DNA of 49,853 nt from Candidatus Kuenenia stuttgartensis (GCA_945883745.1 CAMCYH010000005.1:1-49853); one strand, 5' to 3'. Numbered from the stretch's first letter, positions 21,041-31,469 are shown. Numbers and translations are program-made. Notes: generated by a model not told the origin, from the letters alone.

Positions 21041-22783
21041 ATGCGCCTTGCCAATCTGTTTACGGCTGTTGTTTTTGCATCATTTGCTAACCTCCCCGCC
21101 GCAGCGGAAACAGCCGACGCGATCTTCACCGGCGGCGACATCCTCACGATGCGTGGCCCCGCGGCAGAGTACGCCGAGAGCCTGGCGGTGAAGGACGGCA
21201 CAATCCTGTTTGTCGGGCCGCGGGCCGAGGCAGAAAAACTCGTCGGCCCCGAGACCAAGACGATCGACCTGGCGGGCAAGACGCTTCTGCCAGGCTTCAT
21301 CGATACCCACGGCCACTTCATCTACTTTGGCAAGAACCTCGTCGACGCCAATCTCTTCGGCTGCACCGACATCGCCGACCTCGTCGCACGGATGAAGAAG
21401 CAGGTGGCCCAGACGCCCGCCGACGGCTGGATCGTGGGCTTCGGCTACCAGGCCCGGGCGCTCGAGGAAAAGCGACCGCCCACATGTGAGGAACTCGACC
21501 AGGTGTCGGCCGACCGGCCGGTGATGGTCGTCGATTCTTCGGGCCACCTGGGCGCGGCCAACGCCGCTGCCTTCACGGCCGCGGGGATCACAGCCGACAC
21601 GCCCGATCCCACCGGCGGCATGTTTACCCGCAAGGCCGACGGCAAGTCGCTGGCCGGCCCGATGGAGGAGACGGCCTTGAACGCCGTCCGCAGCAGGCGG
21701 CCGCCATTCACGGGCGAGCTCGCCGCGCGGGCCGTCACCGGTGCGGCGCAGGTCTGGGCGAGCCACGGCCAGACGACTGCGATGGAGGCCGGGCTTGGCC
21801 TCGGCAACGACGACATCGGCATCGTGCTCAATGCGATCGACAAACAGCTGCTGCCGATCGACCTCTATGTCGCCGCCAAGGATTCCGCGCTCGACGACAC
21901 GCTGGCCGCGTCGTACTCAGTGGCTACCCAATACAATCCCAAGGCCGGCGGGATCGTGGAGAAGCTCCGCGCCGCCCGCCCCGACCTCGACCAGCGTTAC
22001 GTCAATCGCGTGCGGCTCGGGGGCGTGAAGTTTTGGCTCGACGGCAGCCTCGACACGGCCTGGTTCACCGAGCCCTACACGCAGAATCCACCGGGCAAGA
22101 CCGGTGCCTTTGCCGGCTATCGGCAGATTCCGGACGAAGTGCTCGACGCCGTCTTCGACCGATATTGGCCTACGGAACTCCAGATTCACATGCATATGAA
22201 TGGCGACGCCGCCGCCGACCAGGCGCTCGCTGCGATCGCGAAGGCGGTGAAGAAGCATGGCATGCACGACCACCGCCCTGTGTTCGTGCATGCGTCATGG
22301 CTCCGGCCCGATCAGATCGAGAAGATGAAGGCCTGCGGCGCGATCCCGAGTTTTCTCACGGCGGGCATCATTCCTGGCGGTGACGCGGTGGTGAAACTCT
22401 GGGGGCCGGAGCGGTCGGCCGGCGCGATGGCGTCGCGAACCTTCCTGCGGGCCGGCCTGCCTTTCACCTACTCGCATGATGCACCGGTATCGCCCGTACC
22501 CTCGATCCTGGCTCTGGTCGATGCCGGTGTGAATCGTCGCTCCGGCAGCGGGCAGGTGGTGGGGCCCGACGAGCGGGTCTCCCCGTACGATGCCCTGCGG
22601 GCGGTAACGTCTACCGCCGCCTACCAGCTCAAGGAGGAGAAGACCAAGGGCACGCTCGAGCCCGGCAAGCTCGCCGACCTCGTGATCCTCGACAACAACC
22701 CGCTGAAGGTCGAGCCGACCACGATCAAAGACATCGCCGTCGTGGAGACGATCAAGGACGGGCGCACGGTCTTCGCACGGTAA
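21041..22783 (+). CDS. YtcJ-like amidohydrolase (amidohydrolase 3), exported
   Basis: RBS AAGGAG, signal peptide, LLPGFIDTHGH, GGVKFWLDGS, HMNGD, HDAPV, KGTLEPGKLADLVILD. Confidence 0.9.
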   Translation: MRLANLFTAVVFASFANLPAAAETADAIFTGGDILTMRGPAAEYAESLAVKDGTILFVGPRAEAEKLVGPETKTIDLAGKTLLPGFIDTHGHFIYFGKNLVDANLFGCTDIADLVARMKKQVAQTPADGWIVGFGYQARALEEKRPPTCEELDQVSADRPVMVVDSSGHLGAANAAAFTAAGITADTPDPTGGMFTRKADGKSLAGPMEETALNAVRSRRPPFTGELAARAVTGAAQVWASHGQTTAMEAGLGLGNDDIGIVLNAIDKQLLPIDLYVAAKDSALDDTLAASYSVATQYNPKAGGIVEKLRAARPDLDQRYVNRVRLGGVKFWLDGSLDTAWFTEPYTQNPPGKTGAFAGYRQIPDEVLDAVFDRYWPTELQIHMHMNGDAAADQALAAIAKAVKKHGMHDHRPVFVHASWLRPDQIEKMKACGAIPSFLTAGIIPGGDAVVKLWGPERSAGAMASRTFLRAGLPFTYSHDAPVSPVPSILALVDAGVNRRSGSGQVVGPDERVSPYDALRAVTSTAAYQLKEEKTKGTLEPGKLADLVILDNNPLKVEPTTIKDIAVVETIKDGRTVFAR

Positions 22784-22933
22784 CCCGCGCGGACGCCCGA
22801 CTTTGCCATGATCGCCTCCACGTGCGGCGCGATGTTCGGTCGTAGATTTCATGGCCGCGTCGTGGCACTATAACGTGTCAAAGGCGGAATGCCTCCGCAG
22901 CTGAGAAAGCACTTTTCGCAAATCGCCTCACCC

Positions 22934-23473
22934 ATGACCACCTCCACGTACCGCATCGACGTCCGCGTCGATTCACTCGACGGCCTGTACAGCGCGCTTG
23001 ATCCCTCACCCTTCCGCCAGCGTGACCTCGACCCCAGGGCCGTCGAGCACATCGTGCAATGGGCCAGCGACGCACCGCCGAAGGTGCCGCTCGAACTCTG
23101 CGTCCGCGTGGCCGACGACACCGATCCGGAGGCGACCGAGGCCGATACCCAGGCGGCCGTTCGCAACTTCTTCACCTACGAAGGCGACCTCCTCGAGCGG
23201 CAGTATCGCCGCAACCGCGTCCGCACGGTCCGCTGGCTCGCGGTCGGCCTCTCCATCATGACGGTCCTGCTCGCCTTGCATTCGGCCGTGGGCCGGATCT
23301 CCCCCGACAGCCTCTTCAACGACATCGTGGGCGAGGCCTTTGTGATCGCGGGGTGGGTGTCGCTCTGGGTGCCGATTGAACGGCTCGGCTTCGATGGCTG
23401 GCTGCTCAAGGAGAAATACCTCCTCTACCGCCGCCTGGCCGACATGGAAGTCGATATCCAGCCGGAGGTCTGA
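22934..23473 (+). CDS. Hypothetical membrane protein
   Basis: LDPSPFRQRDLD N-terminal motif and two C-terminal TM segments (IAGWVSLWVPIE); GC3-rich frame. Confidence 0.7.
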   Translation: MTTSTYRIDVRVDSLDGLYSALDPSPFRQRDLDPRAVEHIVQWASDAPPKVPLELCVRVADDTDPEATEADTQAAVRNFFTYEGDLLERQYRRNRVRTVRWLAVGLSIMTVLLALHSAVGRISPDSLFNDIVGEAFVIAGWVSLWVPIERLGFDGWLLKEKYLLYRRLADMEVDIQPEV

Positions 23474-23501
23474 TCGCTCGTGTGCTGCCAACACACAGAC
23501 G

Positions 23502-24929
23502 TCAAAACTGGGCGACCACGTCACACCCTCCGTAGAACTGACCGTAGGCGTCGCCCGTCACAAGCCCGCCCGGCAGCGTCGTGATGTCGCCAAAGGGGAC
23601 CGCTCCCGATCCGTACGCGTCGGGAGTAAACCAGTCGAAGCGAAGTTCGGGGCGCACCGTCCAGTTGCGGCCCACGAGCCAGTGCAGGCCCCAGGTGATC
23701 GCCCAGAAGTTTCCCGCGAAGCCACCGGAGACCGGGTCGGAATTCGTCACGGCGTTGCGAATGGGATAGAAGACGCGGCTGCCGTTGTTGTCGCGAAACC
23801 ACTCCACCCGCATCCCGGCCGCCAGCCGTTCATGCAATTCGAGATACGAGTATTGGGTGATGCCATACCACTGGGCGAGCCCTGGCAGTTGGCCCTGATT
23901 GGCAAACCCCGTATCGGCGTGAAACTGCCAGGCATTGGAATGCTCCACGGCCAGGGTGAGCCGCTCAGACACCCTCGTCACCACGTAGAGCGTATACATC
24001 GTGAGGTTCCCGACGGTCGGCAGGAGCGGGCGACCGACGTCGTCCACCCGCGGCATGTATTCATTGCCAGTGGTGATTGCAAACCCCATCTCCTGCTTGC
24101 CATCCTCGCTCTCCAGCAGCGTCTCCCCGACGAAGGCAAGGTTGCTGCTCGCCCCCGGATAGTCAGGGTTTGCGACCACCGGCATGCCGTCCGAAAAATT
24201 GTCCCAGCCGTTCATGATGCCGGCGGTCAGCGACACGCCTTCGGAAGCGACCCATGTGCCAAGGATGCCGGTGTGGGTCGTCGGCGTGCCATACTCGAAG
24301 GTGTAGTTGCGGCTGGAGAAGAAGTTGCCGATAGCCGGCACCACTTCGTAGCCCAGCGGCGTGTAAAAATGGCCGACCAGAATGGATAGGTCTTCCCGGC
24401 CGGCCTCGGCATAGAACTGCGGCAGCGCGAGGCCGTAGTAGCGGCTGGAACTCCAGCGCGGTACGCCCAGCGCGTTGACCTCATTAAAAGGAAACGCATC
24501 GAGACCGCGGGCCACGGCCGTCCACCAGTCGGTGCCGTAGAGAAGATCGACCCGCGTGCCCCACCCTGTCTCGTCGGTCAGTGGCTTATGCCCGACGAGG
24601 GCAAGCTGATTGAGCATTCCCTGCCCGTTGCGATCGTTCATCACGACGGGGCCATTGAAGTCGCTGCCCCAGGCATTGGCACCGATCCCTGCCTTCAGCC
24701 AGCCTGAGAGGGCGGCATCGCGTTCAGCCAGCCAATCCGGGGTCAGCAGTTGTCGTGGAGGCTGTCTGACAAGGGCCGGGTCGCTGGCCCGCAGGTCGAA
24801 GAGATCCTCCAGCGGTGGCGGCTGGCCGCGCGCGGCAACTGCGTCGCACAAGAGCGTCATGGCGAGCACCAGCGGAGCAAGATGGCGAGCCAGCATGTCG
24901 TCGCAGATCGGCTCACACCCGCCCGTCAT
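23502..24929 (-). CDS. Outer-membrane beta-barrel porin (BBP2/OmpL-like)
   Basis: Signal peptide, GWGTRVDLLYGTD, LPQFYAE, VGHFYTPLGYEVVPAIGNFFSS, RPELRFDW, terminal Phe. Confidence 0.85.
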   Translation of the reverse strand: MTGGCEPICDDMLARHLAPLVLAMTLLCDAVAARGQPPPLEDLFDLRASDPALVRQPPRQLLTPDWLAERDAALSGWLKAGIGANAWGSDFNGPVVMNDRNGQGMLNQLALVGHKPLTDETGWGTRVDLLYGTDWWTAVARGLDAFPFNEVNALGVPRWSSSRYYGLALPQFYAEAGREDLSILVGHFYTPLGYEVVPAIGNFFSSRNYTFEYGTPTTHTGILGTWVASEGVSLTAGIMNGWDNFSDGMPVVANPDYPGASSNLAFVGETLLESEDGKQEMGFAITTGNEYMPRVDDVGRPLLPTVGNLTMYTLYVVTRVSERLTLAVEHSNAWQFHADTGFANQGQLPGLAQWYGITQYSYLELHERLAAGMRVEWFRDNNGSRVFYPIRNAVTNSDPVSGGFAGNFWAITWGLHWLVGRNWTVRPELRFDWFTPDAYGSGAVPFGDITTLPGGLVTGDAYGQFYGGCDVVAQF

Positions 24930-25094
24930 ATGAGGAACACTGCATGGGGGTTTGCGGCGAATGGAGCGGGGTCGGAGGCGAGGCTGGTGAGGGGCTCTTC
25001 GTCATGAAATGCGGTGTTTGGGGCAACGAGCAGGCGGCAACTTGTGTCGCCGCAAAGCCGCGCGATATCCTCATTATCCCTCCTCTACTTGTTT

Positions 25095-25952
25095 ATGCCC
25101 CCCTCCTTCGCCACCTCTGTTTCCACCGCGGTTCTGCTCCCCCGCGAGGGAGAATCCGGGTTTCATGTTCAGGCTGTGCTCATCGGAACCGGGATCGACA
25201 TCAAACAACTTGGCGCGACCGACCGCTCGCTGGGGTCTCCGCTCGTTGTCGAGATGCTCGGGTCTCTCACCGGCAGCGGCATCGCTGTGCTCTATAGCTA
25301 CGGGGCGGCGGTTTTTTTTGACGCCTCGCCCGCAACGATCACCGAGTATCTCCGCCAGATCGGTCCCCAGATCCGCCAGCCCATGGCCACGCAGGACCGC
25401 GACAGTGAAACGCTCGAGGTGCGGGTGCAGTTGGAAGGAAAAGAGACCATGGAGGGGAATGCGCTCCTGCTCAACGACGTGACGCTCGACAAGCTGCAGG
25501 TGATCGCCGACATCATGGCGAAGAGCGTGGCACTCGCCCACCACGAGCGGGCGATCGAGCGGCAGTTTGAGCGGGTCGAGCCCTTTGCGATCAACCTCGA
25601 CCACTGGAGCCGGGCAGGACGGACCGCCAAGGAACTCCTTCAGCACTTGGGAACGGCACTCCTCGCCGAGCATCGCGTGGTCGGCGGGGCTCGCATCGAC
25701 GACGCGCCGGAACTCCTCTGGGATCATCCCGAGTTGGAAAGGCTCTGGGCTCGACTGCGAGACGAGTTCGAGATTCGCGAGCGGTTCGCTGCGCTGCATG
25801 GCAAGCTCAATCTGATTTCTCGAACCGCGGAGACGGCGCTCGAACTGCTGCAGCATCGCCGGAGCCTGCGGGTGGAATGGGCCATCGTCGGGCTGATCGT
25901 CTTTGAGATCGCCCTCACGCTCGTGCAGTGGGCGCTGGGTGTCGGCCACTGA
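25095..25952 (+). CDS. RMD1/DUF155 family protein
   Basis: YSYGAAVFF, MAKSVALAHHE, DAPELLWDHPELERLW, FEIRER, RSLRVEWAIVGLIVFEI. Confidence 0.9.
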   Translation: MPPSFATSVSTAVLLPREGESGFHVQAVLIGTGIDIKQLGATDRSLGSPLVVEMLGSLTGSGIAVLYSYGAAVFFDASPATITEYLRQIGPQIRQPMATQDRDSETLEVRVQLEGKETMEGNALLLNDVTLDKLQVIADIMAKSVALAHHERAIERQFERVEPFAINLDHWSRAGRTAKELLQHLGTALLAEHRVVGGARIDDAPELLWDHPELERLWARLRDEFEIRERFAALHGKLNLISRTAETALELLQHRRSLRVEWAIVGLIVFEIALTLVQWALGVGH

Positions 25953-25959
25953 GCCTGGC

Positions 25960-26706
25960 TCAACCGGCCGTGATGCCGACGCCGACATCCTGCAGAGCGG
26001 CCCGAACCCGCGTAAGGATCGCCACCGCCTGCGGCCCGTCGCCATGAAGGCAGAGCGTATCGGCGGCGATCGGCAGCAGCGTGCCATCGATCGCCTCGAT
26101 GACGCCCTCGCAGACCATCCGCACGGCCCGCACGGCCGCCTCATGCGGATCGTCGATCATCGCCCCCGGCTCTGAGCGCGGCACCAGCGAGCCGTCAGGG
26201 GCATAGCCCCGGTCGAGAAACGCTTCCTCGGCCACGGCGAGTCCGCGGCGACGAGCGACGGCCACGAGCGGGCCCCCGGCAAAGGCCACGAGCACCATCC
26301 GCGGCCAGCGGGCCAGGATCGCCTTCACGATGGCCTCGCCAAGTGCCCCATCGCGGCTCGCCTGATGATAGAGACCGCCATGCAGCTTGATGTGCCGCGG
26401 CGGTTCACCGGCCACTGCTTCAAGCGTTGCCACCTGATCGATCACGAGAGCCACAGCCTCGGTGGGAGTGATCGGCAGTTCGCGGCGACCAAAGTGATCG
26501 GGGTCGGCATGGCCGGGGTGGCCGCCGATCGCCACGCCATACCGACGGGCCAACGCCACGGCAGCAGCCATCGTGCCCGCGTCGCCTGCATGACCACCGC
26601 AGGCGATGTTGGCCGACGACATGAGCGGCATCAGATCGGCATCATGCGGCCCGCCCTCACCCAGGTCACAGTTGAGATCGATCGTGCGTTGGTGCTGACT
26701 GGTCAT
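25960..26706 (-). CDS. pxpA: 5-oxoprolinase subunit A (LamB/YcsF)
   Basis: IDLNCDLGEG, SSANIACGGHAGD, FGRR, HIKLHGGLY, EAFLDRGY, DTLCLHGD. Confidence 0.95.
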   Translation of the reverse strand: MTSQHQRTIDLNCDLGEGGPHDADLMPLMSSANIACGGHAGDAGTMAAAVALARRYGVAIGGHPGHADPDHFGRRELPITPTEAVALVIDQVATLEAVAGEPPRHIKLHGGLYHQASRDGALGEAIVKAILARWPRMVLVAFAGGPLVAVARRRGLAVAEEAFLDRGYAPDGSLVPRSEPGAMIDDPHEAAVRAVRMVCEGVIEAIDGTLLPIAADTLCLHGDGPQAVAILTRVRAALQDVGVGITAG

Positions 26707-28319
26707 GACGCGGCCCCGCGGATCGCCGCTCCGAGCATCACCAACGCTGCATCACATTCCCGCATCGCATCTCGAGCTTCTTCAATCGTCACTTCCTGCA
26801 GCCGCACTTCCTCACCCGGCCGTAGCTGCGCCGCCAGCGGCAGGTCGGACTCGATCACCTGGCCAATGACGGGATAGCCGCCGATCGTCTGCGCATCGGC
26901 CAAGAGCACGATTGGCTGGCCGTCGGGAGGCAGTTGTACCGTCCCGGGAAATACGGCCACGCTCTTCATGCAGGCATCGTGGCCTACGCAGGAAATCGGC
27001 TCACCATGCAGCCGTAGCCCGATCCGATCGGATCGACTGCCCGCACGAAACGACTGCGACCAGACCGCGTCGCCAGCCAGTGCCGCCTGCTCGCCGGGAA
27101 TCACTCGGAGACTGCATGGCCGCTTCAAGGCTGCGAGCCGCGGCGGCAGTGCCTTGATCAGCCCGCTTCGTCCCTGAGCCTCGCCAACAGCGAGTCGATC
27201 GCCGGCCCTGAGCGGCCGGCCGGCATACCCGCCAAAGCCTGCCGTCACGAGCGTGCTGCGGCTCCCGAGCACCGGCGGCACGTCGATGCCCCCGGCCACG
27301 GCCAAGACGCCGCGGCAGCCAAGCGTGGCATGGCCGAGCACGACCTCCTTACCGGAGGGCACCTGCACCGGCCGGTTCGCCGGCAACCCCGGAAACGCCG
27401 CGCCCACGAGTGCGACCGTGGCATCGCGGTCGAATCGCAGCGTCGGCCCGAGCAGCGTGCACTCGATCGCCGCGGCATCCTCGGCATTGCCGACGAGCAG
27501 ATTTGCCAGCCGCAGCGACATGCTGTCGGCCGCCCCCGAGAGCGGAACCCCCGCCGCGCGATGCCCACGACGGCCGAGATCCTGCACGGTCGTGAAGAGA
27601 CCGGGCTGCACGACCGTAATCGTGGCGGATGGCACCTGTTCGACTGCCGTCTGCGATCGTGGCTGCCACCAATCATCCGTGGACAGATCAGCCGCCATGA
27701 ACCGCACCCGGTCGCCCACGGCCAAGAGCGCGGGCTGCGGTCGCGTTGCATCAAAGAGACTCACCGGCGAGCGACCGATGAGATTCCAGCCCCCCGGGCT
27801 CGCAAACGGGTAGACACCGGTCTGCCGGCCACCGATGCCGACCGCACCGGCTGGCACACGGGCCCGTGGTGTCGCCCGCCGCGGGGTGGCGAGCGACTCG
27901 GGCAATCCCGCGAGATAGCCGAAGCCGGGCAGAAACCCGATCGCCTCGACGACGTAGTCGGGCTCGGTGTGCAGGGCGATGAGCCTGCGCCGGTCGATGC
28001 GGTGCGTGGTGCACACGTCTTCAAGGTCAGGGCCGTCGTAGATGACCGGGATTTCGTAGGTCGTACCCGCATCGTCGGTAGTTGATGCCGTCTGAGTGAC
28101 GATAACAGTCAGCGTTTTTTCCAGCCCGGCCATGTCGCCGCATGCACCATGAGCCAGCAACACAGTCACACGCCCCGGCGAGGCCACGATCTCTTCCACA
28201 CCGGGCAGCCGCGCAGCCGCAACCGCTTCAGCAACCGCCCGCACGCGGCCAATCGTCGCCATGCCGGAGTCCGCAAGGCACAGGCTGAGGGCACGTTCTC
28301 CAACTGGCAGGCAAGACAT
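26703..28319 (-). CDS. pxpBC: Fused 5-oxoprolinase subunits B and C
   Basis: N-half: IGFLPGFGYL..PRRATPR..VPAGAVGIGG.QTGVYP..SPGGWNLIGR. C-half: TTVQDLGR, ANLLVGN, VLGSRST, SDRIGLRL, DAQTIGGYP. Confidence 0.9.
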   Translation of the reverse strand: MSCLPVGERALSLCLADSGMATIGRVRAVAEAVAAARLPGVEEIVASPGRVTVLLAHGACGDMAGLEKTLTVIVTQTASTTDDAGTTYEIPVIYDGPDLEDVCTTHRIDRRRLIALHTEPDYVVEAIGFLPGFGYLAGLPESLATPRRATPRARVPAGAVGIGGRQTGVYPFASPGGWNLIGRSPVSLFDATRPQPALLAVGDRVRFMAADLSTDDWWQPRSQTAVEQVPSATITVVQPGLFTTVQDLGRRGHRAAGVPLSGAADSMSLRLANLLVGNAEDAAAIECTLLGPTLRFDRDATVALVGAAFPGLPANRPVQVPSGKEVVLGHATLGCRGVLAVAGGIDVPPVLGSRSTLVTAGFGGYAGRPLRAGDRLAVGEAQGRSGLIKALPPRLAALKRPCSLRVIPGEQAALAGDAVWSQSFRAGSRSDRIGLRLHGEPISCVGHDACMKSVAVFPGTVQLPPDGQPIVLLADAQTIGGYPVIGQVIESDLPLAAQLRPGEEVRLQEVTIEEARDAMRECDAALVMLGAAIRGAAS

Positions 28320-28404
28320 GGGGCGGCGGTTCGCGGGAGTGAGACCTCATCCTACCGGCCGAGGCCGATCCTGCGCACAATACAGCTGTCCCGGAGGCTG
28401 CCGA

Positions 28405-29178
28405 GTGCGTGTCGAACTCCTTCCATCCAGTGTGCCGACCAACGCAGGGCGAGCCTCCCCGCAGTTTTTGTCGAGTTACCTGATTGGTGACTCGCTGGTG
28501 ATTGACGGTGGATCGGTCGGGCTGCTGGCCGATGTCGACCGGCAGCTCGCCGTGCGGCATGTCTTTCTGACACACGCTCATCTTGATCATGTGGCCAGCC
28601 TGCCGTTTCTGATCGAGAACGCGTATACACCTGGCCCCGACTGCATCGAGGTGCTTGCCTCACCGGCCGTGCTCGCCCAGATCAATGCCGATCTCTTTAA
28701 CGGCCGCACCTGGCCCGACTTCCTTTCCTTGTCGACGCCGCAGAACACATTTATGCGGGCCACGCCGATCGAACCTCTGCAGACAGTGGAGCGGGCGGGC
28801 TTCCGCATCACGCCGGTGCCAGTCTCCCATTCCGGCGACACGCTCGGCATGATCGTCGACGACGGCTCATCATGCGTCGCCTTCGCCGCCGACACCGGCC
28901 CGACCGACCAAATTTGGCAGGAACTCGCCACGCGGCCGACGCTCACGGCCGTCTTTTTGGAATGTAGTTTCCCGAATTCGATGGAGGACCTGGCGACAAA
29001 GACGGGCCACCTCTGCCCGCGGACGTTCGCCACGCAGCGGGCCCGGCTGACGGATCGGGTGAAGGTGTTCGCCGTCCACCGGAAGGCTCGCTACGCCGAC
29101 GAGATTGCCCGCGAACTCGCCATACTCGGCCTGCCAAACGTCGAACCGGTCACCCCCGGCCTGCCCTACGACCTATAG
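28405..29178 (+). CDS. Class II cyclic-nucleotide phosphodiesterase-like MBL-fold hydrolase
   Basis: GGAGG RBS before GTG 28405; FLTHAHLDHVASL, LFNGRTWPDF, ADTGPT, LECSFPN, HLCP. Confidence 0.8.
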   Translation: MRVELLPSSVPTNAGRASPQFLSSYLIGDSLVIDGGSVGLLADVDRQLAVRHVFLTHAHLDHVASLPFLIENAYTPGPDCIEVLASPAVLAQINADLFNGRTWPDFLSLSTPQNTFMRATPIEPLQTVERAGFRITPVPVSHSGDTLGMIVDDGSSCVAFAADTGPTDQIWQELATRPTLTAVFLECSFPNSMEDLATKTGHLCPRTFATQRARLTDRVKVFAVHRKARYADEIARELAILGLPNVEPVTPGLPYDL

Positions 29179-29217
29179 CGGTTACGCCCGAAAACGTCAT
29201 TCGACGGGTGGGTGGTC

Positions 29218-29247
29218 GTTAGATTCCCTTTTGCCCGGGAGCCTCTT
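29218..29247 (+). promoter_or_regulatory. Candidate ECF sigma (auto)promoter
   Basis: GTTAGATTC-N9-CGGGAGC-CTCTT about 30 bp before the sigma ATG; repeated at 32854. Confidence 0.55.
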
Positions 29248-29276
29248 CGTGCCAGCCGTTCTCCTCTTTCCCCCCT

Positions 29277-29825
29277 ATGCCCGTCCCCTCCCCCACCGAC
29301 GACGACTCGGCAGCCTTCGTGGCGGAACTCCTCCGCCACCAACGGCGAATCTATCTCTTCATCGCCTCGTTGCTGGCGAGTCCGACCGACATTGAAGACG
29401 TCTACCAGCAGACCTGCCTCGCCCTCTGGAAGAAGCGGGGACAGTTCCCGGAGGTACGTGACTTCTTCGCCTGGGCCTGCGGCTTCGCCCGCAACGAGGC
29501 CCTTCACCAGATGCGTAGCAACAGCCGTTCGCGACATCTCTACCTGCCCGACGATCTGCTCGCCACGCTCGCGCAGGAGTTTGAGCGTGACCTCGCTGCC
29601 GACGACGATCGCTTGCTCGCGCTCACCACGTGCCTCGGCCGCCTCCAGACCGGCCACCGCGACCTGCTCGAGCGGTGCTACCGGGGCATCGAAACGATCA
29701 AAGACATCGCGGGCGAGATGAGCATCACACCTGCCGCGCTCACGATGCGGCTGCAGCGAATTCGCCACGCTCTCCTCAAGTGCGTCGAGGCAGCTCTCGC
29801 AGCCGCGGGCGGGAGCAATCCCTGA
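29277..29825 (+). CDS. ECF sigma factor (Rhodopirellula/Verrucomicrobium type)
   Basis: HQRRIYLFIASLL...EDVYQQTCLALWKK...FFAWACGFARNE (region 2) and a C-terminal HTH, LQRIRHALLKCVE (region 4). Confidence 0.9.
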   Translation: MPVPSPTDDDSAAFVAELLRHQRRIYLFIASLLASPTDIEDVYQQTCLALWKKRGQFPEVRDFFAWACGFARNEALHQMRSNSRSRHLYLPDDLLATLAQEFERDLAADDDRLLALTTCLGRLQTGHRDLLERCYRGIETIKDIAGEMSITPAALTMRLQRIRHALLKCVEAALAAAGGSNP

Positions 29826-31429
29826 TGGTCACCGCACCTCTGTCGCTCCCCGGGCCTGATTCAGAGCTCGCGCGGCTCACCAACGCCCAGTTCGACGGAT
29901 CGCTCACGGCAGCCGACCGCGATCGGCTCGCCGCGCTCCTCCAGGATCCGGCTGTGCGTGCCTCCTACCGCAGGATCGTGTGGCTGCATGCCAATCTGAC
30001 GAGGATCTGGTGCCAGGATGCCGACGGCATACCATGGGTGCCGCAGCCGGCGAGCGATGAGCCCGCTGTCTCGACCGCCGCTGCTCCGGTCCACCATCGC
30101 CCCCGCATAAAGATCCACTGGGATCGGCTGCAGAAGACAGCCTCCCGCGCGGCAGCGCTGCTCGTTGCCATAGCGCTGGGCGCGAGCCTCCTCGGGATTG
30201 GCATCCTGGCCGTTGTTGCCAGTTTCAGTTCGCCCGCTGCCACAGCAAGCCCACGGCCCCCGCGGGCAGCGGGCTCGATCGCCGAGATCGCGGCGGTCGA
30301 GTCGCCGGTGTGGGAGACTGCCGCGGAGCCCTTTGGCATCTGGTCGAGCCTGATGCCAGGCACGACGCTCGCGCTTGACCGCGGCCGCGTCGAATTGGCC
30401 TATGACTCCGGCACGATCGTCGTCCTTGAAGGTCCGGCCGTGTTCGCGGTCGCGACCGCCGACTCAGCCGCGCTCGACCGTGGCAAGGCGACGATCACGG
30501 TGGCCGGCCCCGGGCCGGGGGATGGCCAGCCCCGCTTCACGCTGCATACGCCGTCGGCCACGATCACCGACCTCGGCACATCGTTCGGCGTGCTTGTGAG
30601 CGACGCAGGCGAGACCTCGGTGAGCGTCTTCGACGGGCTGGTCGATCTGCTGCCACGGGTTGACGGTGCCGTGCCGCTCCGGCTCACCGCCGGTGAGGCG
30701 GGCGACGCTCTTGCGGAGCAGCCGGCTCGGAAAGTAATTCCGCCGCAGCAGCGGTTCGAGCGGTCGTTGCCAAAAGCGCCCCCTGACCTACTCGCCGCGC
30801 TCGTCAGCGACGGCTGGAACGAGGCACGCGCTACCGTGCTCGTGAGCGAATCATTCACCGGCACCAACGCGAGCCCACTCGTCGGCTCCCAGCCGGCTGC
30901 TCGAGGCGGCATCGGCGACGAAGCCTGGCGGGCGCCTCGCGAGGGCTGGTCGGTCGATTCCGCGACCGGGGCTCTCGTCGCCACAACGCATGGCACCGCC
31001 ACACTCCCCTTCGTGCCCCAACCCGGCCACCGCTACCGCATTTCGGTGACGATCCATGCGACCTCCGGCGGCATCGGCTGGGGCGGCGTCGGATTTACGA
31101 ATGGGGCGGGCGTGGCGAACTACATCCCCAACGGCCCTTGGCTCCGGCAGCGTCATCACACCGATGTGCAGCCCAACGGCGCTTTTGCCGGGCCCGGTGA
31201 AACCAACGCCGTCGGTCGCGGCGACACGCTCACCGGCGAGCAGACCCGCACGATCCTGCTCGACACCACGGGTCCACAGTGGCGGGCCGTCTTCTTCGTT
31301 GACGGGATCCGTCTCGGCGAAGCTGGCATCAACCCGCAGTCGGCGGCCATCAGCCACGTCTGCCTGGCCGCCTTCCCCAACAGCCGCATCGAGTTCCGTC
31401 ATTTTCTCGTGTCGACGATGCCCCGTTGA
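29825..31429 (+). CDS. FecR-domain anti-sigma factor with a C-terminal beta-rich periplasmic domain
   Basis: TGATG coupling to the sigma gene, N-terminal anti-sigma helix, one TM segment, GRVELAYDSG.IVVLEGPA...FTLHTP.ATITDLGTSFGV...VSVFDG.V. Confidence 0.85.
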   Translation: MVTAPLSLPGPDSELARLTNAQFDGSLTAADRDRLAALLQDPAVRASYRRIVWLHANLTRIWCQDADGIPWVPQPASDEPAVSTAAAPVHHRPRIKIHWDRLQKTASRAAALLVAIALGASLLGIGILAVVASFSSPAATASPRPPRAAGSIAEIAAVESPVWETAAEPFGIWSSLMPGTTLALDRGRVELAYDSGTIVVLEGPAVFAVATADSAALDRGKATITVAGPGPGDGQPRFTLHTPSATITDLGTSFGVLVSDAGETSVSVFDGLVDLLPRVDGAVPLRLTAGEAGDALAEQPARKVIPPQQRFERSLPKAPPDLLAALVSDGWNEARATVLVSESFTGTNASPLVGSQPAARGGIGDEAWRAPREGWSVDSATGALVATTHGTATLPFVPQPGHRYRISVTIHATSGGIGWGGVGFTNGAGVANYIPNGPWLRQRHHTDVQPNGAFAGPGETNAVGRGDTLTGEQTRTILLDTTGPQWRAVFFVDGIRLGEAGINPQSAAISHVCLAAFPNSRIEFRHFLVSTMPR

Positions 31430-31469
31430 GGCATGGCCCGGAAGAGACAGTCGCGGAACCGTCTCCCGG

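Noticed and set aside
25034-25053. Imperfect palindrome GCGGCAACTTGTGTCGCCGC between the porin and RMD1 genes
   Set aside because: A short GC-rich inverted repeat with no second copy noticed; expected by chance.
29630-29824. N-terminal extensions given by the ORF track (FecR gene here; also 33761, 37028, 28261, 42516 and 45539)
   Set aside because: They overlap neighbouring genes or regulatory sites; internal starts fit coupling, RBS or domain boundaries better.
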